Origin: Eledone cirrhosa
Taxonomy: Eukaryota
Direction: 5' to 3'
Length of the DNA stretch: 64,000 nucleotides
Assembly: GCA_964016885.1 (NCBI GenBank)
Contig: OZ024743.1
Location: 174,778,001 to 174,842,000 of the forward strand
Positions 56,090-64,000 of the stretch are shown in pieces; positions within the stretch are counted from its first letter, which is position 1; each line of letters starts with the position of its first letter. The notes under the pieces are model-generated. The model saw nothing but the letters and a program-made list of their open reading frames with translations. It searched no databases and was not told the origin of the DNA. A program made the translations under genes and the position numbers.

Positions 56090-59000
56090 TACCTGTTATA
56101 TAGAATGTAGGTAGTCTTTGATATACTGTACCTGTTATATAGGATGTAGGTAGTCTTTGATATACTGTACCTGTTACATAGGATGTAGGTAGTCTTTGAT
56201 ATACTGTACCTTTTATATAGGATGTAGGTAGTCTTTGATATACTGTACCTGTTATATAGGATGTAGGTAGTCTTTGATATACTGTACCTGTTATATAGGA
56301 TGTCGGTAGTCTTTGATATACTGTACCTGTTACATAGGATGTAGGTAGTCTTTGATATACTGTACCTGTTACATGAGATGTAGGAAGTCTTTGATATACT
56401 GTACCTGTTATATAGGATGTAGGTAGTCTTTGATATACTGTACCTGTTATATAGGATGTAGGTAGTGTTTGATATACTGTACCTGTTATATAGGATGTAG
56501 GTAGTCTTTGATATACTGTACCTGTTATATAGGATGTAGGTAGTCTTTGATATACTGTACCTGTTATATAGGATGTAGGTAGTCTTTGATATACTGTACC
56601 TGTTATATAGGATGTCGGTAGTCTTTGATATACTGTACCTGTTATATGACATGTAGGAAGTCTTTGATATACTGTACCTGTTATATGACGTGTAGGAAGT
56701 CTTTGATATACTGTACCTGTTATATAGGATGTAGGTAGTCTTTGATATACTGTACCTGTTATATAGGATGTAGGTAGTCTTTGATATACTGTACCTGTTA
56801 TATAGGATGTATGTAGTGTTTGATATACTGTACCTGTTACATAGGATGTATGTAGTCTTTGATATACTGTACCTGTTATATATGATGTAGGTATTCTTTG
56901 ATAGACTGTACCTGTTATATAGGATGAAGGTAGTCTTTGATATACTGTACCTGTTATATATGATGTAGGTAGTCTTTGATATACTGTACTTGTTATATAG
57001 GATGTAGTCTTTGATATACTGTACCTGTTATATAGGATGTAGGTAGTCTTTGATATAGTGTAACTGTTATATAGGATGTAGATAGTCTTTGACGCACTGT
57101 ACCTGTTATATGGGATGTAGTCTTTGATATACTGTACCTGTTATATAGGATGTAGGTAGTCTTTGATATACTGTACCTGTTATATAGGATGTAGGTAGTC
57201 TTTGATATACTGTACCTGTTATATAGGATGTAGGTAGTCTTTGATATACTGTATCTGTTATGTAGGATGCAGGTAGTCTTTGATATACTGTACCTGTTAT
57301 ATATGATGTAGGTAGTCTTTGATATACTGTACCTGTTATATGGGATGTAGGTAGTCTTTGATGTACTGTACCTGTTATATAGGATGTAGGTAGTCTTTGA
57401 TATACTGTACCTGTTATATAGGATGTAGGTAGTCTTTGATATACTGTACCTGTTATATAGGATGTAGTCTTTGATATACTGTACCTGTTATATAAGATGT
57501 AGGTAGTCTTTGATATACTGTACCTGTTATATAGGATGTAGGTAGTCTTTGATATACTGTACCTGTTATATAGGAAGTAGGTAGTCTTTGATATACTTTA
57601 CCTGTCATATAGGATGTAGGTAGTCTTTGATATACTGTACCTGTTATATAGGATGTAGGTAGTCTTTGATATACTGTACCTGTTATATAGGATGTAGGTA
57701 GTCTTTGATATACTGTACCTGTTATATAGGATGTAGGTAGTCTTTGATATAATGTACCTGTTATATAGGATGTAGATAGTCTTTGATATACTGTACCTGT
57801 TATATAGCATGTAGGTAGTCTTTGATATACTGTACCTCTTACATAGGATGTAGGTAGTCTTTGATATACTGTAACTGTTATACAGGATGTAGTCTTTGAT
57901 ATACTGTACCTGTTATATAGGATGTAGGTAGTCTTTGATATACTGTACCTGTTATATAGGATGTAGTATTTTATATACTGTACCTGTTATATAAGATGTA
58001 GGTAGTCTTTGATATAGTGTAACTGTTATATAGGATGTAGATAGTCTTTGATGCACTGTACCTGTTATATGGGATGTAGTCTTTGATATACTGTACCTGT
58101 TACATAGGATGGAGGTAGTCTTTGATATACTGTACCTGTTATATAGGATGTAGGTAGTCTTTGATATACTGTAGCTGTTATATAGGATGTAGATAGTCTT
58201 TGATATACTGTACCTGTTATATAGGATGTAGTCTTTGATATACTGTACCTCTTATATAGGATGTAGGTAGTCTTTGATATACTGTACCTGTTATATAGGA
58301 TGTAGATAGTCTTTGATATACTGTACCTGTTATATAGTAAGTAGTCTTTGATATAGTGTACCTGTTATATAGGATGTAGGTAGTCTTTGATATACTGTAC
58401 CTGTTATATAGTATGTAGGTAGTCTTTGATATACTGTACCTGTTATATAGGATGTAGGTAGTCTTTGATATACTGTACTTGTTATATAGGATGTAGGTAG
58501 TCTTTGATATACTGTACCTGTTATATAGAATGTAGGTAGTCTTTGATATACTGTACCTGTTATATAGGATGTAGGTAGTCTTTGATATACTGTACCTGTT
58601 ACATAGGATGTAGGTAGTCTTTGATATACTGTACCGTTTATATAGGATGTAGGTAGTGTTTGATATACTGTACCTGTTATATAGGATGTAGGTAGTCTTT
58701 GATATACTGTACCTGTTATATAGGATGTCGGTAGTCTTTGATATACTGTACCTGTTATATATGATGTAGGTAGTCTTTGATATACTGTACCTGTTACATA
58801 GGATGTAGGTAGTCTTTGATATACTGTACCTGTTACATGAGATGTAGGAAGTCTTTGATATACTGTACCTGTTATATAGGATGTAGGTAGTCTTTGATAT
58901 ACTGTACCTGTTATATAGGATGTAGGTAGTCTTTGATATACTGTACCTGTTATATAGGATGTAGGTAGTGTTTGATATACTGTACCTGTTATATAGGATG

Positions 59001-59690
59001 TAGGTAGTCTTTGATATACTGTACCTGTTATATAGGATGTAGGTAGTCTTTGATTTACTGTACCTGTTATATAGGATGTCGGTAGTCTTTGATATACTGT
59101 ACCTGTTATATGACATGTAGGAAGTCTTTGATATACTGTACCTGTTATATGACGTGTAGGAAGTCTTTGATATACTGTACCTGTTATATAGGATGTAGGT
59201 AGTCTTTGATATACTGTACCTGTTATATAGGATGTAGGTAGTCTTTGATATACTGTACCTGTTATATAGGATGTATGTAGTGTTTGATATACTGTACCTG
59301 TTACATAGGATGTATGTAGTCTTTGATATACTGTACCTGTTATATATGATGTAGGTATTCTTTGATAGACTGTACCTGTTATATAGGATGAAGGTAGTCT
59401 TTGATATACTGTACCTGTTATATATGATGTAGGTAGTCTTTGATATACTGTACTTGTTATATAGGATGTAGTCTTTGATATACTGTACCTGTTATATAGG
59501 ATGTAGGTAGTCTTTGATATAGTGTAACTGTTATATAGGATGTAGATAGTCTTTGACGCACTGTACCTGTTATATGGGATGTAGTCTTTGATATACTGTA
59601 CCTGTTATATAGGATGTAGGTAGTCTTTGATATACTGTACCTGTTATATAGGATGTAGGTAGTCTTTGATATACTGTACCTGTTATATAG
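56090..59690. repeat. Duplicated ~1.1 kb block at offset 2464 bp (64 monomers)
   Basis: TGACGTG, GTATTCTTTGATAGAC, GATGAAGG and GACGCACTG occur at 56.7-57.1 kb and again at 59.15-59.56 kb. ORF starts are at 56652 and 59116. 2464 = 64 x 39 - 32, matching eight 4-bp-deleted monomers counted between them. Confidence 0.8.
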
Positions 59691-62600
59691 GATGTAGGTA
59701 GTATTTGATATACTGTACCTGTTATATAGGATGTAGGTAGTCTTTGATATACTGTACCTGTTATATAGGGTGTAGGTAGTCTTTGATATACTGTACCTGT
59801 TATATGGGATTTATATAGTCTTTGATGTACTGTACCTGTTATATAGGATGTAGGTAGTCTTTGATATACTGTACCTGTTATATAGGATGTAGGTAGTCTT
59901 TGATATACTGTACCTGTTATATAGTATGTAGTCTTTGATATACTGTACCTGTTATATAAGATGTAGGTAGTCTTTGATATACTGTACCTGTTATATAGGA
60001 TGTAGGTAGTCTTTGATATACTGTACCTGTTATGTAGGATGTAGGTAGTCTTTGATATACTGTACCTGTTATATAGGATGTAGGTAGTCTTTGATATACT
60101 GTACCTGTTATATAGGATGTAGGTAGTCTTTGATATACTTTACCTGTCATATAGGATGTAGGTAGTCTTTGATATACTGTACCTGTTATATAGGACGTAG
60201 GTTGTCTTTGATATACTGTACCTGTTATATAGGATGTAGGTAGTCTTTGATATACTGTACCTGTTATATAGGATGTAGGTAGTCTTTGATATACTGTACC
60301 TGTTATATAGGATGTAGGTAGTCTTTGATATACTGTACCTGTTATATGGGATTTATATAGTCTTTGATGTACTGTACCTGTTATATAGGATGTAGGTAGT
60401 CTTTGATATACTGTACCTGTTATATAGGATGTAGGTAGTCTTTGATATACTGTACCTGTTATATAGTATGTAGTCTTTGATATACTGTACCTGTTATATA
60501 AGATGTAGGTAGTCTTTGATATACTGTACCTGTTATATAGGATGTAGGTAGTCTTTGATATACTGTACCTGTTATGTAGGATGTAGGTAGTCTTTGATAT
60601 ACTGTACCTGTTATATAGGATGTAGGTAGTCTTTGATATACTGTACCTGTTATATAGGATGTAGGTAGTCTTTGATATACTTTACCTGTCATATAGGATG
60701 TAGGTAGTCTTTGATATACTGTACCTGTTATATAGGACGTAGGTTGTCTTTGATATACTGTACCTGTTATATAGGATGTAGGTAGTCTTTGATATACTGT
60801 ACCTGTTATATAGGATGTAGGTAGTCTTTGATATACTGTACCTGTTATATAGGATGTAGGTAGTCTTTGATATACTGTACCTGTTATATAGGATGTAGGT
60901 AGTCTTTGATATACTGTACCTGTTATATAGGATGTAGGTAGTCTTGGATATACTGTACCTGTTATATAGGATGTAGGTAGACTTTGATATACTATACCTG
61001 TTATATAGGATGTAGGTAGTCTTTGATATACTGTACCTGTTATATACGATGTAGATAGTCTTTGATATACTGTACCTGTTATATAGCATGTAGGTAGTCT
61101 TTGATATACTGTACCTGTTACATAGGATGTAGGTAGTCTTTGATATACTGTAACTGTTATATAGGATGTAGTCTTTGATATACTGTACCTGTTATATAGG
61201 ATGTAGGTAGTCTTTGATATACTGTACCTGTTATATAGGATGTAGTCTTTGATATACTGTACCTGTTATATAAGATGTAGGTAGTCTTTGATATAGTGCA
61301 ACTGTTATATAGGATGTAGATAGTCTTTGATGCACTGTACCTGTTATATGGGATGTAGTCTTTGATATACTGTACCTGTTACATAGGATGGAGGTAGTCT
61401 TTGATATACTGTACCTGTTATATAGGATGTAGGTAGTCTTTGATATACTGTAGCTGTTATATATGATGTAGATAGTCTTTGATATACTGTACCTGTTATA
61501 TAGGATGTAGTCTTTGATATACTGTAACTCTTATATAGGATGTAGGTAGTCTTTGATATACTGTACCTGTTATATAGGATGTAGATAGTCTTTGATATAC
61601 TGTACCTGTCATATAGTAAGTAGTCTTTGATATAGTGTACCTGTTATATAGGATGTAGGTAGTCTTTGATATACTGTACCTGTTATATAGTATGTAGGTA
61701 GTCTTTGATATACTGTACCTGTTATATAGGATGTAGGTAGTCTTTGATATACTGTACCTGTTATATAGGATGTAGGTAGTCTTTGATATACTGTACCTGT
61801 TATATGGGATGTAGGTAGTCTTTGATATACTGTACCTGTTATATAGGATGTAGGTAGTCTTTGATATACTGTACCTGTTACATAGGATGTAGGTAGTCTT
61901 TGATATACTGTACCTGTTATATAGGATGTATGTAGTTTTGATATACTGTACCTCTTATATAGGATGTAGGTAGTCTTTGATATACTGTACCTCTTATATA
62001 GGATGTAGGTAGTCTTTTATATACTGTACCTGTTATATAGGATGTAGGTAGTCTTTGATATACTGTACCTGTTATATAGGATGTAGGTAGTCTTTGATAT
62101 ACTGTACCTGTTATATAGGATGTAGGTAGTCTCTGATATACTGTACCTGTTATATAGGATGTAGGTAGTCTTTGATGTACTGTACCTGTTATATAGGATG
62201 TAGGTTGTCTTTGATATACTGTACCTGTTATACAGGATGTAGGTAGTCTTTGATATACTGTACCTGTTATATAGGATGTAGTCTTTGATATACTGTACGT
62301 GTTATATAAGATGTAGGTAGTCTTTGATATACTGTACCTGTTATATAGGATGTAGGTAGTCTTTGATATACTGTACCTGTTATATATGATGTAGGTATTC
62401 TTTGATAGACTGTACCTGTTATATAGGATGAAGGTAGTCTTTGATATACTGTACCTGTTATATAGGATGTAGGTAGTCTTTGATATACTGTACCTGTTAT
62501 ATAGGATGTAGGTAGTCTTTGATGTACTGTACCTGTTATATAGGATGTAGGTTGTCTTTGATATACTGTACCTGTTATACAGGATGTAGGTAGTCTTTGA

Positions 62601-63000
62601 TATACTGTACCTGTTATATAGGATGTAGTCTTTGATATACTGTACCTGTTATATAAGATGTAGGTAGTCTTTGATATACTGTACCTGTTATATAGGATGT
62701 AGGTAGTCTTTGATATACTGTACCTGTTATATATGATGTAGGTATTCTTTGATAGACTGTACCTGTTATATAGGATGAAGATAGTCTTTGATATACTGTA
62801 CCTGTTATATATGATGTAGGTAGTCTTTGATATACTGTACCTGTTATATAGGATGTAGGTAGTCTTTGATATACTGTACCTGTTATATAGGATGTCGGTA
62901 GTCTTTGATATACTGTACCTGTTATATAGGATGTAGGTAGTCTTTGATATACTGTACCTGTTATATAGGATGTAGGTAGTCTTTGATATACTGTACCTGT
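56680..63000. repeat. Diverged subdomain of the same satellite, rich in 35-bp monomers and domain-specific variants
   Basis: High density of GATGTAGTC deletion monomers and of variants rare or absent upstream (GACGCAC, GATGCAC, GATAGAC, TAGTAAGTAG, GGATTTATATAG, GATGGAGG). ORFs are short and sparse here. Confidence 0.8.
59775..60900. repeat. Tandem duplication, period 542 bp (14 monomers)
   Basis: Identical 77-aa ORFs at 59917 and 60459. The private monomer TATATGGGATTTATATAGTCTTTGATGTAC is at ~59801 and 60343. 542 = 14 x 39 - 4. Confidence 0.88.
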
Positions 63001-64000
63001 TATATAGGATGTCGGTAGTCTTTGATATACTGTACCTGTTATATAGGATGTAGGTAGTCTTTGCTATACTCTACCTGTTATATATGATGTAGGTAGTCTT
63101 TGATATACTGTACCTGTTATATAGGATGTATGTAGTCTTTGATATACTGTACCTGTTATATAGGATGTAGGTAGTCTTTGATATACTGTACCTGTTATAT
63201 AGGATGTAGGTAGTCTTTGATATACTGTACCTGTTATATAGGATGTCGGTAGTCTTTGATATACTGTACCTGTTATATAGGATGTAGGTAGTCTTTGATA
63301 TACTGTACCTGTTATATAGGATGTAGGTAGTCTTTGATATACTGTACCTGTTATATAGGATGTCGGTAGTCTTTGATATACTGTACCTGTTATATAGGGT
63401 GTAGGTAGTCATTGATATACTGTACCTGTTATATATGATGTAGGTAGTCTTTGATATACTGTACCTGTTACATAGGATGTAGGTAGTCTTTGATATACTG
63501 TACCTGTTATATAGGATGTCGGTAGTCTTTGATATACTGTACCTGTTATATATGATGTAGGTAGTCTTTGATATACTGTACCTGTTACATAGGATGTAGG
63601 TAGTCTTTGATATACTGTACCTGTTACATGAGATGTAGGAAGTCTTTGATATACTGTACCTGTTATATAGGATGTAGGTAGTCTTTGAGATACTGTACCG
63701 GTTATATAGGATGTAGGTAGTCTTTGATATACTGTACCTGTTATATAGGATGTAGGTAGTGTTTGATATACTGTACCTGTTATATAGGATGTAGGTAGTC
63801 TTTGATATACTGTACCTGTTATATAGGATGTAGGTAGTCTTTGATATACTGTACCTGTTATATAGGATGTCGGTAGTCTTTGATATACTGTACCTGTTAT
63901 ATGACATGTAGGAAGTCTTTGATATACTGTACCTGTTATATGACGTGTAGGAAGTCTTTGATATACTGTACCTGTTATATAGGATGTAGGTAGTCTTTGA

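Larger units (their letters stand above)
1..64000. repeat. 39-bp tandem satellite/minisatellite array, about 1,640 head-to-tail monomers in a single orientation
   Basis: Seen directly: GATATACTGTACCTGTTATATAGGATGTAGGTAGTCTTT repeats from first to last base, typically with 0-3 substitutions per copy and occasional 35-bp or 38-bp deletion monomers. The 13-aa periodicity of all ORF-track translations confirms the 39-bp period. Confidence 0.99.

Noticed and set aside
1819-63907. Minus-strand ORFs of up to 1096 aa as protein-coding genes
   Set aside because: They are direct translations of the 39-bp unit. Starts and stops come from sporadic variant monomers, frames overlap and switch at 4-bp deletions, and there is no non-repetitive domain, signal peptide or gene context.
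1-64000. CRISPR array (repeat length and weak palindrome are in range)
   Set aside because: Monomers abut directly with no unique spacers, no leader and no cas genes.
1-64000. Telomerase-synthesised telomeric repeat (TAGG motifs, G/T-rich strand)
   Set aside because: There is no canonical TTAGG/TTAGGG tract, and kb-scale duplicated patterns of variants indicate DNA-level duplication rather than copying of one RNA template. A subtelomeric location remains untested.
1-64000. Rolling-circle or concatemer artefact of a 39-nt template, or a synthetic construct
   Set aside because: Rare variants recur in conserved order at many nested periods and form regional subfamilies, which random polymerase or sequencing errors on one short template would not produce. 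Individual near-perfect duplications could still be assembly errors.
1-64000. TATA-like (TTATATAG) and Shine-Dalgarno-like (AGGA/AGGT next to ATG) signals in every monomer
   Set aside because: The plus-strand ATG is immediately followed by TAG. Such short motifs are expected in an AT-rich unit and have no downstream gene.
1-64000. G-quadruplex-forming array
   Set aside because: There are only two GG dinucleotides per 39 bp and no G3 tracts in the consensus.
1-64000. Nucleosome-sized 156-bp (4 x 39) higher-order unit
   Set aside because: No four-monomer periodicity of variants is visible; observed periods are irregular.
1-64000. Diversity-generating cassette system (DGR, antigenic-variation or shufflon-like)
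   Set aside because: There is no reverse transcriptase, recombinase, expression locus or inverted segment, and variation is low and inherited in blocks rather than hypervariable.

Overview
The whole 64 kb window is one uninterrupted, head-to-tail tandem array of a 39-bp monomer (+ strand consensus GATATACTGTACCTGTTATATAGGATGTAGGTAGTCTTT; 13/39 GC; about 1,640 copies by length division). Both window ends lie inside the array. I saw no unique sequence, spacers, inversions, transposon insertions or recognisable genes. The ORF track is explained by the monomer itself: 39 is a multiple of 3, and two minus-strand frames lack stops (KTTYILYNRYSIS and RLPTSYITGTVYQ), so none is called as a CDS. The informative structure lies in the variant monomers. 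They reveal nested tandem duplications (periods 542, 1244, 1326, 1634, 1980, 2464, 2652, 3233 and ~9,000 bp, the exact ones all equal to n x 39 minus visible indels), a recurring ordered cassette of variant monomers, regionally confined subfamilies, a second 3-substitution monomer lineage with rare recombinants, and a more diverged domain at ~56.7-63 kb. It is most plausibly a eukaryotic satellite or minisatellite array with irregular higher-order structure; I cannot name the organism or family. I found no support for a new protein-coding or defence system. Coordinates were read by eye and block boundaries are approximate to about one monomer.
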